A stretch of 64,000 nt of DNA, taken from the NCBI RefSeq assembly GCF_036626415.1, contig NZ_JAZKRW010000002.1:9521-73520 (forward strand), given 5' to 3'. The notes beneath the pieces are model-generated. The model had not been told where the DNA came from and did not search any database. It saw only the letters and a program-made list of their open reading frames with translations. The DNA comes from Salinibacter sp. (GTDB taxonomy: Bacteria; Bacteroidota; Rhodothermia; Rhodothermales; Salinibacteraceae). Each line of letters opens with the position of its first letter. Position 1 is the stretch's first letter. A program made the position numbers and the translations under genes. Below, piece by piece: positions 1-9,320 of the stretch.

Positions 1-714
1 ATTGGCAATGTTGCTAGTGCCGGAGCTAAACGCCATCAGGACCCCGATGCTCACCAGGACGGCCGTGCCCACGACCTCGCGCCGGGACGTGTTGGGCCCG
101 AGCGCGGGACGGAGCGGCACCCCAGCGGGCTCGAGCGTCACCAGCCGCGTCTCGTCGGGGCGGAAGACCGGCCACACGTTCGCCTCAACCTGTTCAAACA
201 CCAGGAGCGGCCCGTCGCTCTGCTCAATGGCGACGAGCCGATCGAGCGACTCGTACCCGTAGCGCCCTACCATGACGGCCAGCCAAAAGCCGATGATCGG
301 GGACAGAATCCACCAGGCAAGAATCTCGCCGACGATGGCAAAGTTGAGCTCGCCGTGGGCCAGGCCGAGGCCGATGATGGCCCCCACCGCCGTCATGGAC
401 GTGGAGGCCGGGGCCCCTGAGAGATTGCCCACGAGCAGCGCCCCACCAATGAAGAACAGGACAACGATGCTCGCCTCCAACGTAAAGATGGACGGGTCGT
501 GGACCAGCTCTTGTCCCAGGGTGTCGACGACGCGCCGCCCAATGGTGTAGGCCCCACCGAAAAATGCCACCGCCATGAGGGCCCCCGCAGCGGTCTTCGA
601 CAGCACGTTCGCCCCCACGGCCGGCCCAAACGCCGGCCCGGTCGTCGCGCCGCCGATGTTGAACGCGACGAAACACGCGATGAGGACGCCACCGATGAGC
701 AGAGGGTCGGTCAC
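1..714 (-). CDS. PiT-family inorganic phosphate/anion permease, 3' end runs off the window
   Basis: Not in the ORF track. My translation from GTG at 714 gives VTDPLLIGGVLIACFVAFNIGGATTGPAFGPAVGANVLSK...PASTSMTAVGAIIGLG...LMAFSSGTSNIAN, open to base 1, with both PiT signature regions and many TM segments. Confidence 0.85.
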   Translation of the reverse strand, partial: MTDPLLIGGVLIACFVAFNIGGATTGPAFGPAVGANVLSKTAAGALMAVAFFGGAYTIGRRVVDTLGQELVHDPSIFTLEASIVVLFFIGGALLVGNLSGAPASTSMTAVGAIIGLGLAHGELNFAIVGEILAWWILSPIIGFWLAVMVGRYGYESLDRLVAIEQSDGPLLVFEQVEANVWPVFRPDETRLVTLEPAGVPLRPALGPNTSRREVVGTAVLVSIGVLMAFSSGTSNIAN

Positions 715-866
715 CGTCGGGGTGAAGGACGTGGGGTCCTAAAATCTCAGACTCGTGTTACAACGAGCCTGTTTGGGCGGAAGATCCTCATACAAGGAGG
801 CATCCACGTCATCAAAAGAACCGTTTCGGGGCCAGATCGCCCGGAGCTTCCAGTCCTGCGAGAAGT

Positions 867-2522
867 TTAGCCGCGCTCCTCCGCCGTGTGCTGCTTCGTC
901 GACGCGAAGCTGATGCGGGGCCAGTTTTCCATGGTGCGCTCCAGCCGAAAGTCACTGAGCGCCAGATACGCCAGGTCGCCATCGGCGTCGCGGAAGAGGC
1001 GGTCCATGTTTTCCGCCTCAAAGTCTTCCAGGTCCTCCGCCGGCCCGTCGATCCAGCGGCAACAGGCATATCGGACGCCCGTCAGGTGGGCCTCCACGTT
1101 GTACTCGTCCTCCAACCGATCCAGGGTCACGTCAAACTGAAGCTCGCCGACGGCCCCGAGGATGTAGTCGTTGCCGCGCTGCGGCCGAAATGCCTGAATG
1201 GCCCCTTCCTCACTCAGCTGCTGCAGGCCCTTCCCCAGGTGCTTCGACCGGAACGGGTCGTCGAGGCGCACCTTGCGGAAGTGCTCCGGCGCGAAGCTGG
1301 GCACGCCCGTGAAGTGCAGCGGCTCGTCCTGCGAGAAGCTGTCCCCAATCTTGACGCGCCCGTGGCTCATGATGCCAATGATGTCGCCCGGGTAGGCCGT
1401 GTCCACCCCCTCGCGGTCCTGCGCCATGAACGTGGTGGCGTTGTTCAGGCGCATCGTTTGCCCCGTGCGGTGGTGGATCACCTCCATGCCCTTCTCGAAG
1501 GTGCCAGAGCAGACGCGGACGAACGCCATGCGGTCATGGTGCTTCGGGTCCATGTTCGCCTGAATCTTGAAGGCGACGCCCGTAAACTCCTCTTCGTACG
1601 GCGAGACCTCGCGGGTCACCGTGGGCCGCGGCTGGGGCGGCGGGGCAACCTCAACGAACGTATCGAACATGTCCCCCACCCCGAAGTTGCTGAGGGCGCT
1701 GCCGAAGAAGACGGGCGTCTGCCGGCCGTCGAGGTAGGCCTCCAGGTCCAGCTCGTCGCCGGCCTCGCGGACGAGCTCCACGTCGAAGCGGAGGTCGTCG
1801 GCCTGATCGCCGAGGACGTCGTCGAGTTGCGGGTCACTGAGGTCATCGATGGGCAGACGTTCATGCTCCCCCTCCATGTCTGCGTGGGAGAAGAGGTGCA
1901 GTTCGTCGCGGTACAGGTTGTAGGTCCCACGGAAGCGATTGCCCATCCCGATGGGCCAGGACAGCGGCACGGTGTCTAGGTCGAGCGTCTCCTCGATGTC
2001 TTCCAGAATGTCGAGCGGCGGCAGCCCGTGCCGGTCCATCTTGTTCACGAACGTGATGATGGGGGTGTCCTGCATGCGGCACACCTCCATCAGCTTCTCC
2101 GTCTGCTGCTCCACGCCACTCGCGTTGTCGAGCACCATGATGACGCTGTCGACCGCCGTAAGGACGCGGTACGTGTCCTCCGAAAAGTCGCGGTGACCCG
2201 GGGTGTCGAGCAGGTTTAGCTCGTACCCTCGGTAGGGGAACTTCATCACCGACGACGTGACGCTGATGCCACGCTCCTTCTCCATCGTCATCCAGTCGCT
2301 CATGGCGAAGCGGTCGGCCTTCCGGGCCTTAATTTCGCCCGCCTCGTGGATGGCGCCCCCCTTCAGCAGAAGCTTTTCGGTGAGGGTCGTCTTGCCCGCG
2401 TCCGGGTGGCTGATGATGGCAAACGTGCGCCGCTTCTCGATTTCCTCCCTAAGGACCGGGTCCACGTCGTCCGTTGGAGGAGCAGCGGTCTCCTCCGGGG
2501 ATAGGGCATCGGTGGTGCTCAC
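867..2522 (-). CDS. prfC: Peptide chain release factor 3
   Basis: [51 protein letters not shown]. The start (GTG at 2522) is an estimate; the ORF track extends to 2657. Confidence 0.97.
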   Translation of the reverse strand: MSTTDALSPEETAAPPTDDVDPVLREEIEKRRTFAIISHPDAGKTTLTEKLLLKGGAIHEAGEIKARKADRFAMSDWMTMEKERGISVTSSVMKFPYRGYELNLLDTPGHRDFSEDTYRVLTAVDSVIMVLDNASGVEQQTEKLMEVCRMQDTPIITFVNKMDRHGLPPLDILEDIEETLDLDTVPLSWPIGMGNRFRGTYNLYRDELHLFSHADMEGEHERLPIDDLSDPQLDDVLGDQADDLRFDVELVREAGDELDLEAYLDGRQTPVFFGSALSNFGVGDMFDTFVEVAPPPQPRPTVTREVSPYEEEFTGVAFKIQANMDPKHHDRMAFVRVCSGTFEKGMEVIHHRTGQTMRLNNATTFMAQDREGVDTAYPGDIIGIMSHGRVKIGDSFSQDEPLHFTGVPSFAPEHFRKVRLDDPFRSKHLGKGLQQLSEEGAIQAFRPQRGNDYILGAVGELQFDVTLDRLEDEYNVEAHLTGVRYACCRWIDGPAEDLEDFEAENMDRLFRDADGDLAYLALSDFRLERTMENWPRISFASTKQHTAEERG

Positions 2523-2675
2523 GACAAGAGAACGGTTGATTCGGTCGGTGACGATCAGGGAATACAGGCCTGGGAAGCCATCTTGTAGGGCTACGGAGTA
2601 GGGCCCAAACGGTTTTGGACGCGAGCGGCCCCGAGACCGTCTCCAAAAAGCATTCACCCACTCGTCGCACAGGCG

Positions 2676-3122
2676 TCAGTCAGATCCGTCCGGGCGAAGT
2701 CGAGCCACGGACAGGCCCCGGAGTCCAATTTCCCCTAGGCTCCGGTCCTCGTTCCGGAACGGCACCCAGAAGAGCCCGGCGGCGTCGCCCGTTTTCATCT
2801 CGCCCGGCCCCAGCCGCCCATCAACCGTGGCTGTGGTGTCCGCCGTAGGGGCCCGGAAAATGAGCGTAAAGCTGTATCGCACGGGGCTCTCATTCTCGTT
2901 GATGAGACGCAGCACGACCCCGTCGTGCTCAGTGTCGGCCTCGGGGTAGTAGATGTACGAGACTTGAAGGCCCTCCTGTTCGACGATGGGCGTCCAGGCA
3001 TCGTCGTGCCAGGCCCTGCTCGTATCCGAGGACGGCAGGGGGGCTTGTCCCAGACTCATGGAGGGCGAAAGCAGTCCCAAGACCAGAAGCCCAAAAAGGA
3101 AGCGACGATGAACGATGCACAT
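2676..3122 (-). CDS. Secreted hypothetical protein
   Basis: Signal-peptide-like N-terminus (RRFLFGLLVLGLLSPSMSLG) followed by a beta-rich soluble domain; host-like codon usage. Start at ATG 3122 or 3185. Confidence 0.7.
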   Translation of the reverse strand: MCIVHRRFLFGLLVLGLLSPSMSLGQAPLPSSDTSRAWHDDAWTPIVEQEGLQVSYIYYPEADTEHDGVVLRLINENESPVRYSFTLIFRAPTADTTATVDGRLGPGEMKTGDAAGLFWVPFRNEDRSLGEIGLRGLSVARLRPDGSD

Positions 3123-3185
3123 GTGCCCGTGGATGCAACGGGGACCCGACGACGGAGCCAGATTAGCCCGCCGCGGCTCCATCAT

Positions 3186-4460
3186 TTACACGAAGAGGAG
3201 CGCGATTCCGGACGCGCCGACGATCAGGAGCAGCCCCGGCACCACCGCCCGACGCAGCCCCGCCGTGCCGGTGAGCGCCACGATGCCCCCCTTGAGCACC
3301 GTGTTGGCGGCCGCCGCAATCACGATCGCCCGCGTGGCAGGGACCGCCCCCACGTCTCCACTCTCGTGGAGGCGCGCCATCGAGAGGGTGATGGCGTCCA
3401 CGTCCGCCAGTCCGGCAACGACGCTCGATAGGTACACCCCAGTGTCACCAAAATAGGTCTGAGCCCCGTTTGAGAGGACGAGGATAATGGCGTACAGCAC
3501 TCCAAACGTAATTGCTGGGACGAGGCGAAACGGATTCTCGACGGTCTGGGGCTCGTCCTGCTCCTCGGCCGGCTGCACACCATATAGATACCCGCAGTAG
3601 GCGAGGATCACAACGAACACCCCCACGATGGGCGCCCAGACGGTCAGGAGCAGGGACGGATTGATGACCGCCACCTCTACAATGACCCGCACAAACATGA
3701 TGGCCCAGGCCAGGAGCACGGCCAGGGCGAAGGGCCGGTCCAGCCCTTCCGAGTCCCGGCTCCGCTCCGCGACGCTCAGGGTGACGGCCGTGCTCGATGC
3801 GAGCCCCCCCAGGATGCCCGTCAGCCCCACCCCACGCCGCGGCCCCACGACCTTGATGAGCACGTACCCTAGGAAGCTGATCCCAGAAATCAGCACGACC
3901 ATGAGCCAGACGTTGTACGGGACCAGCACGTCAAACGGCGACGGGCCGTAGCCCTGGCGGGGCAGCAAGGGCAAGACGACCACCGTGATGACCGCAAACT
4001 TGAGCGTCGCGATGACATCTTCTTGGTCGAGCGTACGGGCCAGGGCGTGGGTCTGCACCTTCAACGACAGAAGCACGGCCGTCCCGACGCTCAACGCGGC
4101 CCCCAGCCGGAGGTATCCCCAAACACAGAGCCCGCCGGTGAAGAAGGCCACCAGCGCTGCCATCTCGGTCGTCAGACCAGTGTCTCGGGCTCGGGCCTGA
4201 AGATAGTGCCCAACCGCCAACAGCAGTCCGACGACAATAACGGTTACTGCAAACGGCACGGCACTCCCCAGCTCACTCGTCCCCAGCGCAGACGCAGCCC
4301 CCAGCAGGGCGATAATGGGAAAGGTCCGCGCCCCGGCGAGAAGCTCCCCCTTCGCATCGACCCGCTCGCGGTACGCGTGTTCGCGCTGGAGTCCCATGAA
4401 CAGCCCCAAGATGAGCGCGACCCCGAAGCGGTAGAAAAGGGTCAGGGTGTCGGGGGGCAT
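3186..4460 (-). CDS. MgtC/SapB family membrane protein with DUF4010 domain
   Basis: ALILGLFMGLQRE, AGARTFPIIALLG, TGLTTE, GGLASSTAVT, GLADVDAITLS. Confidence 0.9.
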   Translation of the reverse strand: MPPDTLTLFYRFGVALILGLFMGLQREHAYRERVDAKGELLAGARTFPIIALLGAASALGTSELGSAVPFAVTVIVVGLLLAVGHYLQARARDTGLTTEMAALVAFFTGGLCVWGYLRLGAALSVGTAVLLSLKVQTHALARTLDQEDVIATLKFAVITVVVLPLLPRQGYGPSPFDVLVPYNVWLMVVLISGISFLGYVLIKVVGPRRGVGLTGILGGLASSTAVTLSVAERSRDSEGLDRPFALAVLLAWAIMFVRVIVEVAVINPSLLLTVWAPIVGVFVVILAYCGYLYGVQPAEEQDEPQTVENPFRLVPAITFGVLYAIILVLSNGAQTYFGDTGVYLSSVVAGLADVDAITLSMARLHESGDVGAVPATRAIVIAAAANTVLKGGIVALTGTAGLRRAVVPGLLLIVGASGIALLFV

Positions 4461-4510
4461 GGTCCGCTTCGGAGTGTGAGGAAATGCCTACGAGGTCCCA
4501 CCCCGTGCCG

Positions 4511-5357
4511 TCAACGATTGGAGACCGGCACTGTAGCCACGCAACGGCCCTCCGTGGTTTCAGCGACCGGGGCAGGACGATCGATCCATCCTCGCCAAGC
4601 GTACACGAGATAGCCAACGTATTCGCGAACGGCAGCAGTAGACCCGGCGAGGGCACCCGCGTCTGGGAGCACGTCAAGCAGGGTTCGATTCCGATTGTCC
4701 ACCTGAAAATCCGTCGCTGCCGGCACCGCCTCGATCCCCTCACTCCGAAACACCGCCAAGGCGCGTCGCATGTGCAGGGCCGAGGTTACGAGGAGCACGC
4801 AATTGAGGCCGCGGCGGTCCATCAAGCGCGCCGTGCGAGTGGCATTCTGGTACGTATTGGCGCTCCGCGGTTCACGAAGGATCGAGTCTTGGGGCACCCC
4901 CCAGTCTCGAAGAAGCACTTCCATGGCGGACGCCTCCTGGACGCGCGGATTCTGCCAGGGCTGATCGCCTCCACTGGCAATGACGAGGGGCGCCTTGCCG
5001 GCCCGGTACAATCGGGCCGCGTGCCACACCCGGTCCGCCGCGTCGTTGAGGTCCGGATGGATGCGAGGCGGACGCGGAGAACTGATTCCCCCTCCCAGTA
5101 CCACGATGGCCTCCGCCGAAGAAAGGGAGTCGATGGGGGTCGGCGGGTGGCGCGCTTCCAGGCTGCCGCGAAGCCTGTCCGAGACGAGGGGCGTCGAGAA
5201 CCCCCACAGCACCACCGCGCCCCCGAGCACCAGCGACAGCCCGATTCGGCGCCACCCGAGGGCAACCAGTCCCCCCACGCCCACGAGCAATAGGCCGAGG
5301 GACAAGGGATGGACGAGGAGGCTCAGAAGCTTGCGGATGAAGAGCGACACGACGACG
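4511..5357 (-). CDS. YdcF/ElyC (DUF218) family protein
   Basis: AIVVLGGG, DRVWHAARLY, SGG, EPRSANTYQNA, LLVTSALHMRRA, EYVG. Start is uncertain (ORF track extends to 5419). Confidence 0.88.
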
Positions 5358-5532
5358 TGAGATCTACGGGAAAGCCATCCTCCAGAGGCCACGACAGAAA
5401 GGGCGGGGCATAGATCCACACGCCCGCCTGGTTCTCATGCCAACGGCCCCTCCTCCCTTCCCTCCCCGACGGAACCTGCCCTCAGGTACATACGCCAGGA
5501 CCAGTGTCACGTCGGCAGCGCCCGAGCCCGCA

Positions 5533-6780
5533 TCATCCGGAGGCCGTCCCCCCGAGGGTCCCCGACTTCGCCTGCTCAATGAACGTATTCAGGCATTCTT
5601 GTGATCGGGACTCCAGAAAGTGGCCATTGACGAGAACCGTCGGGGTGCTGTCGACCCCGATCTTTACGGCCCGTTTTCTCTGCCGGAGGACCTGATCACG
5701 GTATTCGTTCTGCTCGACACGCTTGTCCAACACGTCCGGGTTCAGGCCAATCTCGTCGGCGATGGCACGGAGGTCCTTCTTCGAAATGCCGTTCGGTCCC
5801 TGTCGGGCGTACTGCGCCTCCAGCATCTCAGAAAACTTGTCGGACTGCGCCGCCACGTACAGGGCTTGAATCTCCGGAAGGGACGACCGGCGGAGCGGGA
5901 ACGGCTTGTACACGAACCGCACCTCGTCGCGGTGGGCCTCCACCACTTGCTTCATGACTTGGTGGAAGTCCTTGCAGTGGGGGCAGTTCGGGTCAAAGTA
6001 CTCAACGACCGTCACGCCGGCCTCGGTGCTGCCTTCGGTGATGTCTTGGAAGTTCACCAGTGACGCCCCCTGGTTCTCTACCGGCGTCTTCGAGTCGTCC
6101 AGTTCACACTGGGCCGACGGCGCCGCACCGGACGAAGCAGAGGCCGAGCCGGACTGCTGTGCTCGGGCGCTCATGCCATCGACGTAGACAAGATCTGCCC
6201 CAATCAGGACGACCGCAACAGCGGTGAAATAAACAAAGAGCGCAATTTGCCGTTTTGCGAGAGGTGTCGACATGGAGCCGAGGGTGGATGTTGGTGAAAA
6301 GGAAAACACGGCAACCTGTCCTGCAAACAGGAATGTCGTAATGAGGGCCGCCCCCAAACACAGGAGGCACAGGGTCTCCAGCGGACCGACCTGAAGGTAC
6401 GTAAGATATCCCGAATACAGCAGTCCGCCCGTGAGCACCCCGGTTCGGACCCCGTGCATCCATGTGCGGAGACGAGGACCGCCCCACAATATGATCCCGG
6501 TAAGCCCGGCGACCCCTGCATAAAACCCGAGGCCCCAGGTCGTGTTTGCCACGCCCAGGAGCGCATTTTCAGCCCCGGCGGCGACCGCCACACAGTCGAA
6601 GACGGACGCGCCGGAGTCAAGCGCTTCGCCCCCAAGGCAGCCGCCCCCGAAGACCCGTCCCTGCTGGATGAGCAGATGCGCGACGTCGAGAATCCCCAGC
6701 ATCGAGAGCCCAAACAGAACAGACTCCAGGGGCGGATGGTATGCCCGCGCCCGCCCAATGAGGGTTTGCGCCAGGGACAT
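5533..6780 (-). CDS. Vitamin K epoxide reductase (VKOR) domain fused to a DsbA-like thioredoxin domain
   Basis: VKOR loop cysteines (CLGG...DCVAV) and TM CxxC (LCLLCL), then a TM linker, then EYFDPNCPHCKDF and the cis-Pro motif STPTVLVNG. Confidence 0.88.
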   Translation of the reverse strand: MSLAQTLIGRARAYHPPLESVLFGLSMLGILDVAHLLIQQGRVFGGGCLGGEALDSGASVFDCVAVAAGAENALLGVANTTWGLGFYAGVAGLTGIILWGGPRLRTWMHGVRTGVLTGGLLYSGYLTYLQVGPLETLCLLCLGAALITTFLFAGQVAVFSFSPTSTLGSMSTPLAKRQIALFVYFTAVAVVLIGADLVYVDGMSARAQQSGSASASSGAAPSAQCELDDSKTPVENQGASLVNFQDITEGSTEAGVTVVEYFDPNCPHCKDFHQVMKQVVEAHRDEVRFVYKPFPLRRSSLPEIQALYVAAQSDKFSEMLEAQYARQGPNGISKKDLRAIADEIGLNPDVLDKRVEQNEYRDQVLRQRKRAVKIGVDSTPTVLVNGHFLESRSQECLNTFIEQAKSGTLGGTASG

Positions 6781-6953
6781 GTCCACGTGCCGGTTTGGAT
6801 CGGGGAGTCGCGTCACAACCCCAAAACCCTGAGCCTTCTGCTGGTTCCTCCCATTGCCACACTCGACTGCGCGACCCGGGCTCGGGCGGACCCTCAAGAA
6901 TGGCGGATGCCATGGCCTCAAATCGCCTCCAATCGAATTTCAAACCAATCCAG

Positions 6954-6982
6954 TTGCAGGTCACGGTACTGGGCAATACCCT
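6954..6982 (+). promoter_or_regulatory. Putative sigma70-type promoter of the trp leader/operon
   Basis: TTGCAG (6954-6959), 17-nt spacer, TACCCT (6977-6982), just upstream of the leader ORF. Confidence 0.5.
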
Positions 6983-6991
6983 AATACTGGT

Positions 6992-7075
6992 ATGATTGAC
7001 AAAGACAGCGTCACGTCCATGCGTTGGTGGCTCTGGCGGCCCTTCTCTCGGGTCGAGAGCCCCTGGTACGCCTGA
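6992..7075 (+). CDS. trpL: Tryptophan operon leader peptide
   Basis: MIDKDSVTSMRWWLWRPFSRVESPWYA*. Trp codons at 7025, 7028, 7034 and 7064; alternative start ATG 7019; sits directly ahead of attenuator hairpins and trpE. Confidence 0.85.
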   Translation: MIDKDSVTSMRWWLWRPFSRVESPWYA

Positions 7076-7143
7076 CGCTGTGGCCTGCCTCTCGTTTTGA
7101 ATGGCTCTCGACCCGCTGCCGACTGGTAGCGGGTTTTTGTTTT
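7029..7143 (+). promoter_or_regulatory. Transcription attenuator (1:2, 2:3 antiterminator, 3:4 terminator)
   Basis: GGCTCT 7029-7034 pairs with AGAGCC 7056-7061. CGGGTCGAGAGCC 7049-7061 is the exact reverse complement of GGCTCTCGACCCG 7103-7115, which overlaps the terminator left arm. Confidence 0.88.
7111..7143 (+). terminator. Intrinsic terminator of the trp attenuator
   Basis: ACCCGCTGCC-GACT-GGTAGCGGGT stem (one G-U pair) followed by TTTTGTTTT. Confidence 0.9.
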
Positions 7144-7166
7144 GCCCCCTGTTCCACTTCTCATAC

Positions 7167-8675
7167 ATGACGTACGACGAGTTTCGGACGCACGTAAACA
7201 CGGCTCGGGCGGACGGCCTGTCTCGCCTCGTGGTGCCGGTGCACGCCCGGCGCAGCGCCGACCTCCTCACCCCAGTTTCGGCCTACCTCACCCTGCGAGA
7301 GAATTCCTCGTACAGCTTTCTCTTCGAAAGCGTAGAGGGCGGGGAAAAGCTGGCGCGCTACTCCTTTCTGGGACGCGATCCCTACCGCATCGTGACGGGC
7401 CGGGAGTTTGGCGCAACCGTCGAAGTGGACGAGCGCCGCACCCCCGCCCCCGAAGCCAACCTTCCAGCCCCTTCCGGCTCCATCTTTGAGGTGCTGGACG
7501 CCTACCTGGACCGGTACGAGGAGGTCGAACTGCCGGACCTTCCCCGGCTGCGTGGAGGCGCGGTGGGCTACCTCGGCTACGACGCCGTCCGCCTCGTCGA
7601 AGACCTGCCGGACGCCCCCCCAGACGATCTCTCCCTCCCCGACGCGGTGTGGTGCTTCTACGACACCGTCGCGGCGTTCGACCACGTTCGTCACCAGCTG
7701 GTGCTGATGGCAAACGTCTTCGTCGACGAGGACACGGACCTCCGGGCCGCATACGACCACGCCCAGTCCCGCCTTGGCACGCTGGAGTCGGACCTCAAGC
7801 AGTCCGCTGATCCGCCCACGTCTGTCGAGTGGACGCAAGCAGAGCTCACCTCCAACGTGGAGCGGCCGGCCTTTGAAGATGCCGTCCGTACCGCCAAGGA
7901 GTACATCCAGAAGGGCGACATCTTCCAGGTCGTGCTGTCGCAGCGCTTTGCGACGCCGTTCGACGGGGACCGCTTCAACCTGTACCGGGCCCTGCGGCAG
8001 GTCAACCCGTCGCCGTACCTCTTTTACCTCGACCTCGACGACCTGGCGCTCGTGGGCTCCTCGCCGGAGGTGCTGGTGCGGGCGGAGGCGGGCACGGCCG
8101 AGGTGCTCCCGATCGCGGGCACCCGACCGCGGGGGGACGACCCGGCCGAAGACGAAGCCCTCGCCGACGAGCTGCTGAGCGACGCCAAGGAGCGCGCCGA
8201 GCACTTGATGCTGGTCGACCTGGGCCGGAATGATCTCGGGCGTGTCTGCCAGTACGACACCGTGGAGGTGGACCGCTACGCCTACATCGAACGGTACTCG
8301 CACGTCATGCACATCGTCTCGTCGGTGACCGGCACGCTCGCGCCCGACCAGAGCTCGATGGACGCCCTCGCGGCCTGTTTCCCGGCCGGAACGGTGAGCG
8401 GTGCCCCCAAGGTACGAGCGATGGAAATCATCGACGAGCTGGAGCCGTCCCGGCGCGGGGTCTACGCCGGGGCCGTCGGCTACGTCGACTTCTCGGGCAC
8501 CCTCGACACCTGCATCGCCATCCGCACCATGGTCGTGACCGACGAAACGGCGTACGTACAGGCCGGGGCCGGCATCGTTGCGGACAGCGACCCGGCCCAC
8601 GAATACGACGAAACCCGAGACAAGGCCGCCGCGCTGCGGCAGGCCCTCCGCGTGGCCTCGAACGGCCTTCTGTAA
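7167..8675 (+). CDS. trpE: Anthranilate synthase component I
   Basis: DLLTPVS, FLFESVEGGEKLARYSFLG, GDIFQVVLSQRF, NPSPY, PIAGTRPRG, EHLMLVDLGRNDLG, GTVSGAPKVRAM. Confidence 0.96.
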   Translation: MTYDEFRTHVNTARADGLSRLVVPVHARRSADLLTPVSAYLTLRENSSYSFLFESVEGGEKLARYSFLGRDPYRIVTGREFGATVEVDERRTPAPEANLPAPSGSIFEVLDAYLDRYEEVELPDLPRLRGGAVGYLGYDAVRLVEDLPDAPPDDLSLPDAVWCFYDTVAAFDHVRHQLVLMANVFVDEDTDLRAAYDHAQSRLGTLESDLKQSADPPTSVEWTQAELTSNVERPAFEDAVRTAKEYIQKGDIFQVVLSQRFATPFDGDRFNLYRALRQVNPSPYLFYLDLDDLALVGSSPEVLVRAEAGTAEVLPIAGTRPRGDDPAEDEALADELLSDAKERAEHLMLVDLGRNDLGRVCQYDTVEVDRYAYIERYSHVMHIVSSVTGTLAPDQSSMDALAACFPAGTVSGAPKVRAMEIIDELEPSRRGVYAGAVGYVDFSGTLDTCIAIRTMVVTDETAYVQAGAGIVADSDPAHEYDETRDKAAALRQALRVASNGLL

Positions 8676-8795
8676 CCCCTTGTCCTCGCTCAGTTGCGAC
8701 TGAGGAGCACTCCGCTCCAGCGGTGCGTGCTCCAAACTTCCCCCCTGAATGCCGGTATCACTAACGCTTTTCTTTCTGAATTCCCCCTCCCGGCC

Positions 8796-9275
8796 ATGCC
8801 GAACCCCATCAAAGAGGCCCTGCTGAACCGCGGTTGGGCCGGCCAGACCCTCAGCCGGTCCGAGACGGTTGACCGAATCAACCCGCTGATCCACCAGCAC
8901 ATCGAGCTGAACCACCACTACGGCGCCGCCGTCCGGTACTGTGACGATGCGCGTGTCGTGGACGTGCTGGAGCGGCTCCAAAAGACCGCCCGGACCGACG
9001 TGGGCAAGCTCTCCGAGACCGTGTTGAGCTGCGGCGGCACACCGTACAACGGCACGGACCTGTCCCCCGAAGACTTTGCGCTCGAAGGGTCGCTCGGCGA
9101 CCTCTTTGGGGAGCTGCACGGCCTCGAAACCGCGTTCAACGACGCCCTCGCCGACGAGCTCGACCTCGAACATCAGATGCGCACCCGCGGCGTGCTCCAG
9201 GCGATCAAGAGCAACAGCGAAGACCGCCTCACCGCCCTCAAAGCCCTTCAGCGCCGCATTGGTGAGTCGGCATAG
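8796..9275 (+). CDS. Ferritin-like four-helix-bundle hypothetical protein
   Basis: 159 aa helical protein with the pattern HYGAAV...LERL...KLSETVLSCGGTP...LE...ALADEL. Fold assignment is by pattern recognition only. Confidence 0.65.
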   Translation: MPNPIKEALLNRGWAGQTLSRSETVDRINPLIHQHIELNHHYGAAVRYCDDARVVDVLERLQKTARTDVGKLSETVLSCGGTPYNGTDLSPEDFALEGSLGDLFGELHGLETAFNDALADELDLEHQMRTRGVLQAIKSNSEDRLTALKALQRRIGESA

Positions 9276-9320
9276 CGACGCTGAGCACGCTCCCCTCTCT
9301 CCTACCAATCCCTTGCCCTG

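Noticed and set aside
3430-4330. Patches of A/T-ending codons in the MgtC gene
   Set aside because: Mild and diffuse, with C-ending codons still frequent; within ordinary variation for a weakly expressed membrane gene.
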